Shown here piece by piece: positions 38,216-46,258 of a DNA stretch of 64,000 bases (its first letter is position 1; each line of letters begins with the position of its first letter). The position numbers and the translations under genes are program-made. The notes under the pieces were generated by a model, which saw only the letters and a program-made list of their open reading frames with translations, was not told the origin of the DNA and did not search any database. Source of the stretch: a bacterium (GTDB lineage: Bacteria > Verrucomicrobiota > Verrucomicrobiia > Limisphaerales > UBA11358); the NCBI GenBank assembly GCA_021813325.1, contig JAKALA010000007.1:10515-74514 (forward strand), written 5' to 3'.

Positions 38216-38989
38216 TCAGGGTTTGAACAACCGGAAAAACTGGTTGTCGGTTGGTGGCGTGAGATTCAAATAATTCGTGCCGTTGCTCGTGGTCCAACTG
38301 GTGTTGGTGATCCAGCCGTTCGGGTCGGTCAGGTTGGCGTTTTGCAGCAGCAGAAACGTCCCCGCGTCAGGCCACGACACAATCACCTCGTTGATTTGCT
38401 GCGAAACGGCGAGCGATGGCGGCAGGACTTGTGAGGTGGTCAGGCTGATGTCGTCCACGGCAAAATCATTTCCCGCAACGCTGTTGTTGCTCTGAAGATC
38501 GAATATTTTCAAAGTCAAACTCGTATTGGTGCCCGAATTCCAATGGCCGGTGAAGGCTTGCCAGGCATCATTCGGGTAGGTGCTCAAGACGAGCGTGCCC
38601 AGTGAAGCGCAATTGGCGGTAAAACTGAGCGTGACGGTCGGTCCCGTGCCGCGCATGACATAGCGCCCCCAGACCTCGAAATCATAGCCGGTGCCGGGAC
38701 TGACGCTAACCGTTTGTTGCCAGACCACGGTTGTAGCTGAATAAGCCCCATCTACCATCAGCAGGCTGTCCACCTCGTTTTCTGAGTGGTCAGTGAACGC
38801 TGAAACCGAACCGACGTCGTAGTGGGTGGGCTGCCAATACATGGGATCCGCATAGTTGTAGCCGGATGTAAATGCGCTATTGCCAGCGCTGAAATCGCCA
38901 TTGGCAATTAAGTTGGCCGCCGATGCGGATGCGGCAAAGGCAATCACAACCACAGCAAAGCCGATCGGCTGAACGGAGGAAGCTTTCAT
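38216..38989 (-). CDS. secreted protein: galactose-binding/CBM-like jelly-roll plus a C-terminal FFRL module
   Basis: Signal peptide (VVVIAFAASASA). LIANGDFS...GNDFAVDDISL bracket a CBM-like domain. The C-terminus reads ...VIVSWPDAGTFLLLQNANLTDPNGW...NQFFRLFKP. Confidence 0.6.
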   Translation of the reverse strand: MKASSVQPIGFAVVVIAFAASASAANLIANGDFSAGNSAFTSGYNYADPMYWQPTHYDVGSVSAFTDHSENEVDSLLMVDGAYSATTVVWQQTVSVSPGTGYDFEVWGRYVMRGTGPTVTLSFTANCASLGTLVLSTYPNDAWQAFTGHWNSGTNTSLTLKIFDLQSNNSVAGNDFAVDDISLTTSQVLPPSLAVSQQINEVIVSWPDAGTFLLLQNANLTDPNGWITNTSWTTSNGTNYLNLTPPTDNQFFRLFKP

Positions 38990-39087
38990 AGACTTGTTTT
39001 GAGGGCGAACAAGGAGTTGGATTTCTGCTTTTTAAGGTTTTTGCAATCGGAAGAACCGGTTGCCCACGGATGGCGCGTTGGTAAACG

Positions 39088-40650
39088 TCACAGAAATTGT
39101 GCCGGTGTTTTTTGATACGGCGGCGCGACTTGCGGCCAGTCCGTGGCGCTGGACGGCAAAACGTTGGTGCTTTCCAGCACCCAGCCGTCGGCTGGCATCG
39201 GCCAGGAAACCAACACGGTTTTAGCCTGGCGTTCAATGCGAAGCGCGGGCTTGACGTCCGCAGCATAGAGCGCCGCGACCTCGAAATCCGAGAGGGCGTA
39301 ATTGTAGAGGCGGACTTCGTCGATCGCCCCAAAAAAGGCCGTGTGATTTGCCGCGAAGTTGTAAAGTGAATTCACCCCGATCGCCAGAAACGCGTCGGAA
39401 ATGTGAATCGGCCCGGTGAACGAACCGCCGGTGCTGCCCAGCGAAACGCCATTCAGGTAATGCCGGACAACCGTGCCTTCGCGGACGCTCGCCAGATGCA
39501 CCCACTGGCCTTCGGAAAGGGAACCTTGGTCACGATCATGCATGGTCCAAGGCTGGTTGCCGTCGGCGTCGAGCAACATGCCAAAGTTCCCCGCTCCCCC
39601 GCCTTCGTTGCTCAGGCCAAAGGCGCCGAACCAGTAACTCAAATGTCCGTCGCCTTCCTTGGCGACGATGGGTGCGTCGCGGTGGATGTCGTCGCACCGC
39701 ACCCACGCGGCGAAACTGATGTCGCCGACGATGCGCAGCAGTGGCGCGTCCGGAATGGCGGCGTAGGTGGAATCTTCGCCGGCGACGCCGGGGAAATACA
39801 GCGCGCTGCCGCTGACGCCAGCGGTCCAGGTGTTGGTTTGCAGGTGGATGATGGTGCCATGATTGTTCTGTCCGGAACTGTCCCAGATGTTGGTTCCGCC
39901 ACCTTCGTCAAACGACCAGCAGCCGACCATCAGCTTGGGCGTGGCGACCAGGGCCTGGATTTCTTCGGCGCTCAACGCGTGGTTGTAGAGGCGAAGATCG
40001 TCCAACGTTCCCTTGAACGCAGTGGTGTTGTAGGGAACATTCGCGCCGATGATGAGCGCGTTGACAGAATCGAAAAGCGGTCCGGTCAGGGAAGCCGTTT
40101 CCGGAAGTGGCACGCCGTTCAGGTAATGGCGGATGGTCGTTCCGGCCCAGGTGGTAGCCAGATGCACCCACAACCCCTGCGGCACGGAGCCTTGATCGCG
40201 ATCATACAGGGTCCACGGCTGGTTGCCGTCGGTGTCCAACAACACACCGAAATGGGACGTCCCAAAGACCCCGAACCAATAGGCAAGCTGACCATCCCCT
40301 TCCTTGTCGAGAATGGGGCCGTCAAGCCCGGTGTCATCGCAACGCACCCAGGCGGCGAACGAACCGGCGTTCGTGAGGTGCAGCGACGGAGCATCGGGAA
40401 TGCTCACATACGTGGAACCCGCGCCCGTGGTGCCGTCGAAATAAAGCGCGCCGCCACTCACGCCGTTGGTCCAGGTGAAGGACTGAAGCCCGACGATCAC
40501 ACCGTTGTTGGCAAAGCCGGAGCTGTCGGTGACGTTGGTGCCGCCGCCTTCGTCGAAGGTCCAGTGGCCGACGAGGTCTGCATTTGCTGAAAACACGGAG
40601 GCGGCAAGCGTCAGGCCGAGCGGAAACATGAGGGCAGGCGTTGTTTTCAT
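39088..40650 (-). CDS. secreted protein with two Laminin_G_3 (LamG/ConA-like) domains; the 3' end appears truncated by a frameshift (see findings)
   Basis: Signal peptide (MKTTPALMFPLGLTLAASVFSANA). The pattern LVGHWTFDEGGGTN..DSSG..NNG...WT.GVSG.ALYF.G... is duplicated, ending in LDDLRLYNHALS and IDEVRLYNYALS. Confidence 0.8.
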   Translation of the reverse strand: MKTTPALMFPLGLTLAASVFSANADLVGHWTFDEGGGTNVTDSSGFANNGVIVGLQSFTWTNGVSGGALYFDGTTGAGSTYVSIPDAPSLHLTNAGSFAAWVRCDDTGLDGPILDKEGDGQLAYWFGVFGTSHFGVLLDTDGNQPWTLYDRDQGSVPQGLWVHLATTWAGTTIRHYLNGVPLPETASLTGPLFDSVNALIIGANVPYNTTAFKGTLDDLRLYNHALSAEEIQALVATPKLMVGCWSFDEGGGTNIWDSSGQNNHGTIIHLQTNTWTAGVSGSALYFPGVAGEDSTYAAIPDAPLLRIVGDISFAAWVRCDDIHRDAPIVAKEGDGHLSYWFGAFGLSNEGGGAGNFGMLLDADGNQPWTMHDRDQGSLSEGQWVHLASVREGTVVRHYLNGVSLGSTGGSFTGPIHISDAFLAIGVNSLYNFAANHTAFFGAIDEVRLYNYALSDFEVAALYAADVKPALRIERQAKTVLVSWPMPADGWVLESTNVLPSSATDWPQVAPPYQKTPAQFL

Positions 40651-41044
40651 CGTTTGGGGCTTTCTATTTGTGGGTTCAATCCGGCAGGACACTTGTAATT
40701 CACGGCCTCGGACTGGCTGCTGTTGGTGGAGTTGAAGTCCAGCTTGTGATTGAGGAGGACATTGTCGCCGCTGGCGGGAATGCCGGCCGGGGTCCAGTTG
40801 GTTGAGACAAACCAGTTGCCGGGCGCAGGCTGCCGTAATCGGTGGTCTGAACGGCCAGAGTGTTTAAGAAAATCAGCGCCAGGAAAATGCTTGCTCTTCA
40901 TAAGAGTAATTCCTCTGAAAAAATTACTGCTTTAGATGTTCTTGCTAGTTAACACGACTCTCCGTCGTCTTCAAGAAGTAACTTATGCCCGGCGGCAACC
41001 GGGAGTTGCATTGACCCCGGAGCGAATCCCGCCAAAATAGCGGC

Positions 41045-41302
41045 ATGGCGAACGCCAAAAAGCATAAACGCAAAGCTCAAATTCTCGGTCTCGGCCTGGA
41101 TTCCGACGGGCATAAGCGCATTACCAAAGGCGACAATTTCACCCTGGTGGGCGGCACCCAGGACACGCACGAGCAGATGACTGAAAAAGCCATCAAAATC
41201 AACGAGAAGCTGAAGGCCCGTGGAAAACACCTCGACACTGTCAGCCGCGAAGAGTTTGACGACATCGCGCATGAAGTCGGTCTGAAGAAACTTTCCTCGT
41301 AG
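41045..41302 (+). CDS. small conserved-looking hypothetical protein (85 aa, basic N-terminus)
   Basis: MANAKKHKRKAQILGLGLDSDGHKRITKGDNFTLVGG... Ordinary composition. It ends 9 nt before the photolyase start. Confidence 0.5.
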   Translation: MANAKKHKRKAQILGLGLDSDGHKRITKGDNFTLVGGTQDTHEQMTEKAIKINEKLKARGKHLDTVSREEFDDIAHEVGLKKLSS

Positions 41303-41311
41303 CCATTCCCC

Positions 41312-42712
41312 GTGAAAACAGTCATCCACTGGTTTCGCCGTGATCTTCGCGTTTCGGATAACGTGGCTTTAAATGAGGCGGAGAAGCGCGCCCAAAACGT
41401 CATCCCCGTTTTTATTTTCGAGGATGCTTTTCATTCCGGGCCGGATGTCGGCGCGGCCAGACTGACATTTCTGCTGCAATCGGTGGAGTCGTTGCGAAAG
41501 AACCTGGCCGAACTGGGTCATCCGCTGGTCATTCGTCGGGGAAAGTCCGAGGAGGTTTTGCCTGAGCTGGCGCAAACAGCCGGCGCGCAATGCGTTTTCG
41601 CCAACAAACGATACGAACCTTACACCCAACGGCGGGATGAACGCGTGGCGCAGACCTTGTTGAAAATGGGTATCGGGTTTGAGTCTTTCAAAGACGCCGT
41701 GATTTGGGAAGAAAGAGAAATCCTCAACCAAAGCGGCAATCCTTACACGGTTTTTACGCCCTACGCAAAAGCGTGGAAGACCAGGCCGGTTCCCCATCCA
41801 CGTCCGCGACTTGGTTCCGCAAAATCCCAATCGTCCGGTCTGAATTCCGATCCGTTGCCGGAATCTTCCGTCGAACTCGGCCATCCCTTAAATCAAACCA
41901 TTCCGGCTGGCGGTGAGCGAGCCGCCAGGGATCTGTTGCGCGCCTTTATGGCCGGCCCGGTTTTGGAGTATGGCGCTCGCCGCGACTTCCCGGCGATGGC
42001 TGGCACCTCCAATTTGTCAGCCCATTTGCGAGCCGGCACCATTGGGATTCGCACGATTCTGGCCGAGTTGAAAAAGGCGCGTGAGCGGGCCGCAGGCAAA
42101 GGCAGTGGCTGCGACGTGTTTCTCAATGAACTCATCTGGCGGGAGTTTTATTTGCAGGTGCTGCACAATTTTCCGCACGTCACCAAAGGCGCGTTCCGTC
42201 CGGAATACAACGCGTTGAAATGGTCGGACAATCAGGAGCATTTCGCGGCCTGGCGCGAGGGGCGCACTGGTTATCCCATCGTGGACGCGGCCATGCGTTG
42301 CTTGAATGCCACCGGCACCATGCACAATCGTTTGCGCATGATCGTGGCCATGTTTCTCACCAAGGATCTGTTGATTTCCTGGCAATGGGGCGAGCGCTAT
42401 TTCATGAAGCAACTGGTGGATGGCGACATGGCGGCCAACAACGGCGGCTGGCAGTGGAGCGCCGGCACCGGCACGGATGCCGCGCCTTATTTCCGCATCT
42501 TCAATCCCGTGTCGCAGGGCGAGAAATTTGATCCGACCGGCGGCTACGTCCGTCGCTGGATTCCGGAGTTGAAAGATTTTCCTGACGATTTGATCCAGCA
42601 ACCCTGGGAAAATCCCTTGCGGCTGGCCAAATCCAAATACCCGCCGAGAATTGTATTGCACGACGAACAGCGCGCCAAATGTTTGGCCATGTTCAAGGCG
42701 GTTAAAGGTTAA
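41312..42712 (+). CDS. phrB: deoxyribodipyrimidine photolyase / cryptochrome family
   Basis: IHWFRRDLRVSDN, TGYPIVDAAMR, HNRLRMIVAMFL, GGWQWSAGTGTDAAPYFRIFNP. GTG start. Confidence 0.9.
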   Translation: MKTVIHWFRRDLRVSDNVALNEAEKRAQNVIPVFIFEDAFHSGPDVGAARLTFLLQSVESLRKNLAELGHPLVIRRGKSEEVLPELAQTAGAQCVFANKRYEPYTQRRDERVAQTLLKMGIGFESFKDAVIWEEREILNQSGNPYTVFTPYAKAWKTRPVPHPRPRLGSAKSQSSGLNSDPLPESSVELGHPLNQTIPAGGERAARDLLRAFMAGPVLEYGARRDFPAMAGTSNLSAHLRAGTIGIRTILAELKKARERAAGKGSGCDVFLNELIWREFYLQVLHNFPHVTKGAFRPEYNALKWSDNQEHFAAWREGRTGYPIVDAAMRCLNATGTMHNRLRMIVAMFLTKDLLISWQWGERYFMKQLVDGDMAANNGGWQWSAGTGTDAAPYFRIFNPVSQGEKFDPTGGYVRRWIPELKDFPDDLIQQPWENPLRLAKSKYPPRIVLHDEQRAKCLAMFKAVKG

Positions 42713-42772
42713 GCAGCGGTTTTGCAAAGCCTGGTTTCCCAGACAGGGCATGACCAGTTTTGCAAATATTCA

Positions 42773-43939
42773 TCAGCGCAGAAACATTTCCGCCGCGGCA
42801 TCCGCAAAGCGCAATCCGGCGCGGGTGAGCTGAAAGCGGTCATCGGAAAGTTTGCCCCAGCCGCGCTCCGCCAGTTGGGCCATCTCCCCGCCCCATTCCC
42901 GACGCAAATCATAGCGCGTTGTTTGCAAAAAATCCGCAAACGCCCAGCCGCTGTTCATGCGCAGCCCAAACGCGGCGATTTCTCCCGCGCGCCGCAACGG
43001 CGACAATTCTTCGCTGGATTCGATGGCGCGTTTGCCTTTTTCCAGTTGCTCGCAATACAGTTGGGTGTTGGCCCAATTTTTGGTGCGCACGCCCCGCACA
43101 TAGCCGGTGGCGCTGGGACCCAAGCCGTGAAATTGTCCGCCGCGCCAATAATTGACGTTGTGCTTGCACGCCTTGAGCGGAACCGTTGATTGGACATCCG
43201 CTCGCGAATCGCGCGCGAAATTCGCAATTTCGTATTGATGGAAACCAGCGTTTGAGGCCGTGAATGTCAATTCATCGAACATGGCGCAGGCGAGTTCCTC
43301 ATCCACGGAAAACTCGCCGGCTTGAAGCTGCTGAAAGAGCGGCGTGTCATCCTCGTAGATCACTTCGTAGCTGGACAGGTGTTCGCTTTGCATCGCCATC
43401 ACCTCGTTCAAGGTCGCCCGCCAGATCTCCATCGTCTGCGTGGGAATGGCGAACATGAGGTCCAAATTGATGTTGTCAAAACCCGCGCGGCGCAGAATAT
43501 CAAACGACTTGAAAACCATTTCCCGCGAATGCACCCGGCCCAGCCGGTCCAGCAGTTGCTCGTCAAGGGACTGCACGCCCATGGAAATGCGGTTTACTCC
43601 GTAATCCCGAAGCAACTTGGATTTATCGGTCGAAACCGTGGCCGGATTACTTTCAATCGTGAATTCCCCGGCCCCCAGCAGATCAAGCCGCGCCATCGCC
43701 TGCAAAATGGTTTCCCATTGGCGCAGATTTAAAATAGAAGGCGTGCCACCGCCAAAGAAAATGGTTCGCGGCTTCAATTCATGCGCCACCATTTCCAGCT
43801 CACGCACCAAGGCAGCGGTGTAGCGATTGATCAATTCACCGGACGAGGCCTCGGAATAGAAGGCGCAATATTCGCACTTTTGCGCGCAAAACGGGACGTG
43901 AACGTAAAGGCTAGCAACGGGCGATGACCACTCAGGCAT
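42773..43939 (-). CDS. hemW: radical SAM heme chaperone HemW (HemN-like)
   Basis: LYVHVPFCAQKCEYCAF (CxxxCxxC), GGGTPS, and a HemN_C-like tail. Confidence 0.9.
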   Translation of the reverse strand: MPEWSSPVASLYVHVPFCAQKCEYCAFYSEASSGELINRYTAALVRELEMVAHELKPRTIFFGGGTPSILNLRQWETILQAMARLDLLGAGEFTIESNPATVSTDKSKLLRDYGVNRISMGVQSLDEQLLDRLGRVHSREMVFKSFDILRRAGFDNINLDLMFAIPTQTMEIWRATLNEVMAMQSEHLSSYEVIYEDDTPLFQQLQAGEFSVDEELACAMFDELTFTASNAGFHQYEIANFARDSRADVQSTVPLKACKHNVNYWRGGQFHGLGPSATGYVRGVRTKNWANTQLYCEQLEKGKRAIESSEELSPLRRAGEIAAFGLRMNSGWAFADFLQTTRYDLRREWGGEMAQLAERGWGKLSDDRFQLTRAGLRFADAAAEMFLR

Positions 43940-43990
43940 GGCTTCAGGTTAGCGAAGCCACTGGCGGAGGCGAACGAAATTCACCGGTTT

Positions 43991-44200
43991 TCAGCCCTGA
44001 TCAACCCGCTGAACATTCTGCGCCTTCAGCCCGCGTTCTCCGGGCAAGGCTTCATAGGTGACCTGATCGCCTTCATTCAAGGTTTTGAATCCCTGCCCAA
44101 GGATCGCGGTGTGATGGACAAACACATCCTGCCCCGTATCGCCGGATATGAATCCAAAACCTTTTTTGTTATCGAACCATTTTACTTTGCCACTGGCCAT
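43991..44200 (-). CDS. cspA: cold-shock protein (CspA family)
   Basis: GKVKWFDNKKGFGFI (RNP1) and DVFVHH (RNP2). The ATG at 44200 is preferred. A spacer of about 165 nt upstream is consistent with the long 5' UTRs of csp genes. Confidence 0.9.
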   Translation of the reverse strand: MASGKVKWFDNKKGFGFISGDTGQDVFVHHTAILGQGFKTLNEGDQVTYEALPGERGLKAQNVQRVDQG

Positions 44201-44365
44201 AGTTACTCCTGACTTAAAAGAGGCCGAGATCAAAAGCAAAAAAAGACCCAGCCGAAATTTCAGCTGCGTCCAAAAATCACTTTTCCCAAGTTCTCATGCG
44301 CTCAAGGGTTGGATGCCAACATAATTCGGTCATCCGCCTGAAGTCAAGCCAAGTCAACTCATCCC

Positions 44366-44737
44366 TCAGTCCAGTTGCAATGCCTGCTCCAAAATTTGTT
44401 GCAGGTGCCCGGTCAGGGCGCTTTCGCCCACCGCCAGCCTGGCCCCGGTCTGCTGGGCCATGGTCAGTAATTCCTCATCTTTGTCAGACGCAAAAGCAAC
44501 CACCGGCAAGTGCCTGAAATCCGCTTCAGCCTTCAACTGGCTGATGGTGCCGACAACGTCGCCCCGATGGACCATATCCACAAAGATCAACAAAGGCGAT
44601 TCACGCCGGGCCGTGGCCACCAGCAGCGACGGATCGTTGACCACCAGAACGCGATAATTCAAATCTTGCAACCGGTTTGCCAACTGACTGCCCGGCATGA
44701 CCCGTTCGTAGCAAAGGATCGCAAGCGGCTGCAACAT
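44366..44737 (-). CDS. stand-alone receiver-like (CheY-fold) protein with atypical active-site residues
   Basis: (beta/alpha)5-like pattern: LAILCYERV...YRVLVVND...PLLIFVDMV...LPVVAFAS. It lacks the usual N-terminal DD pair and the conserved Lys context. It starts immediately after the gltD stop. Confidence 0.55.
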   Translation of the reverse strand: MLQPLAILCYERVMPGSQLANRLQDLNYRVLVVNDPSLLVATARRESPLLIFVDMVHRGDVVGTISQLKAEADFRHLPVVAFASDKDEELLTMAQQTGARLAVGESALTGHLQQILEQALQLD

Positions 44738-44746
44738 AATGGCCAA

Positions 44747-46231
44747 TTAAGGCAAATCCGTCTTGCCCATGAGGTAACGATCGCATTCCCGCGCCGCCCC
44801 CCGCCCCTCGTTGAACGCCCAAACCACCAGGCTTTGTCCACGGCGGCAATCGCCGCAGGCAAATACGCCCTTCACATTCGTGGTGTATTTTTCGAAATCC
44901 GCCCTGGCATTGGAACGGGCATCCCGCTCAATGCCCAGTGATTCAAGCAAGGGTTGTTCCGGTCCAAGAAACCCCATGGCCAACAAAACGAGCTGGGCGG
45001 GAATGACTTTTTCGGTGCCGGCAATTTTTTGCGGACCAAAGTTGCCTTTGTCGTCCTTCTTCCATTCCACTTGAACCGTGTGAACCGCTTTGACCTGGCC
45101 GCCGGCGTCGCTTTCAAACTTGGTGGCTGTGGTCAAATAAATGCGCGGGTCGCTGCCAAACTTCGCGGCCGCCTCTTCCTGGCCATAATCAGTTTTGAGC
45201 GTCTTGGGCCATTCGGGCCAGGGATTGTTTTTGGCACGCTCCAGCGGGGGTTGGTCCATGATTTCCACCTGCACCACGCTTTTGCAGCCATGACGGATCG
45301 AAGTTCCCACACAATCCGTGCCGGTATCACCGCCGCCGATCACCACCACGTCCTTGCCATCCGCGGTGATTTGCGAACCCGGCTTGGAGCCGTCCAACAA
45401 GTTTTTAGTGTTGGCGGTGAGAAATTCCATGGCGAAATGAACGCCCTTCAGCGCCCGGCCTTCAATCGGCAAATCGCGCGGCTTGGTGGCCCCGGTAGCC
45501 AGAATCACGGCATCAAAATCCTGCTTCAACTTCTCGACCGGCAGGTCCTTGCCAATCTCGATTTTGCAAACAAATTTGACACCTTCCTTTTCCAACACGG
45601 CAATCCGCCGCAAAACGACCTCCTGCTTGTCGAGTTTCATGTTGGGAATGCCATACATGAGCAGGCCGCCCGGGCGGTCCGCGCGTTCAAACACGGTAAC
45701 TTCGTGTCCAGCCTTGTTCAATTGCGCCGCCGCGGAAAGTCCCGCCGGACCGGAGCCAACAACCGCCACTTTCTTGCCGGTGCGGTTTTTCGGTGGTTCG
45801 GGAACCACCCAGCCGTTTTCCCAGCCGTGGTCAATGATGCTGACCTCGATATTTTTAATGGTCACCGCCGGATTGTTCATGCCAAGCACGCACGAACCTT
45901 CGCAAGGCGCCGGACAAACCCGCCCGGTGAATTCCGGAAAGTTGTTCGTCTTGTGCAATCGGGTCAACGCTTCGCGCCAAAGCCCGCGATAGATCAAATC
46001 ATTCCACTCGGGGATCAGGTTGTGAATCGGGCAGCCGCTGGCCATGCCGCTGACCAACTGGCCGGTGTGGCAGAAAGGCGTGCCGCAATCCATGCAGCGG
46101 GCACCCTGCTTTTTCAAGTCGGCCTCGGGCTGGTGCAGGTGGAATTCCTCCCAGTCCGCAATCCGTTCAAGCGGCGCGCGGTCCTTGGGCAGTTCGCGTT
46201 GGAATTCTAAAAATCCGGTAGGTTTTCCCAT
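44747..46231 (-). CDS. gltD: glutamate synthase (NADPH) small subunit
   Basis: [40 protein letters not shown]. Confidence 0.9.
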   Translation of the reverse strand: MGKPTGFLEFQRELPKDRAPLERIADWEEFHLHQPEADLKKQGARCMDCGTPFCHTGQLVSGMASGCPIHNLIPEWNDLIYRGLWREALTRLHKTNNFPEFTGRVCPAPCEGSCVLGMNNPAVTIKNIEVSIIDHGWENGWVVPEPPKNRTGKKVAVVGSGPAGLSAAAQLNKAGHEVTVFERADRPGGLLMYGIPNMKLDKQEVVLRRIAVLEKEGVKFVCKIEIGKDLPVEKLKQDFDAVILATGATKPRDLPIEGRALKGVHFAMEFLTANTKNLLDGSKPGSQITADGKDVVVIGGGDTGTDCVGTSIRHGCKSVVQVEIMDQPPLERAKNNPWPEWPKTLKTDYGQEEAAAKFGSDPRIYLTTATKFESDAGGQVKAVHTVQVEWKKDDKGNFGPQKIAGTEKVIPAQLVLLAMGFLGPEQPLLESLGIERDARSNARADFEKYTTNVKGVFACGDCRRGQSLVVWAFNEGRGAARECDRYLMGKTDLP

Positions 46232-46258
46232 CGTGTTTGTGTGAGTTAAATTTTGGGT

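Noticed and set aside
42719-42765. Direct repeat GTTTTGCAAA at 42719-42728 and 42756-42765, each containing the palindrome TTTGCAAA, in the convergent photolyase/hemW spacer
   Set aside because: It is only 10 nt long and lies between two gene ends where no promoter is expected. No function can be argued from the sequence alone.
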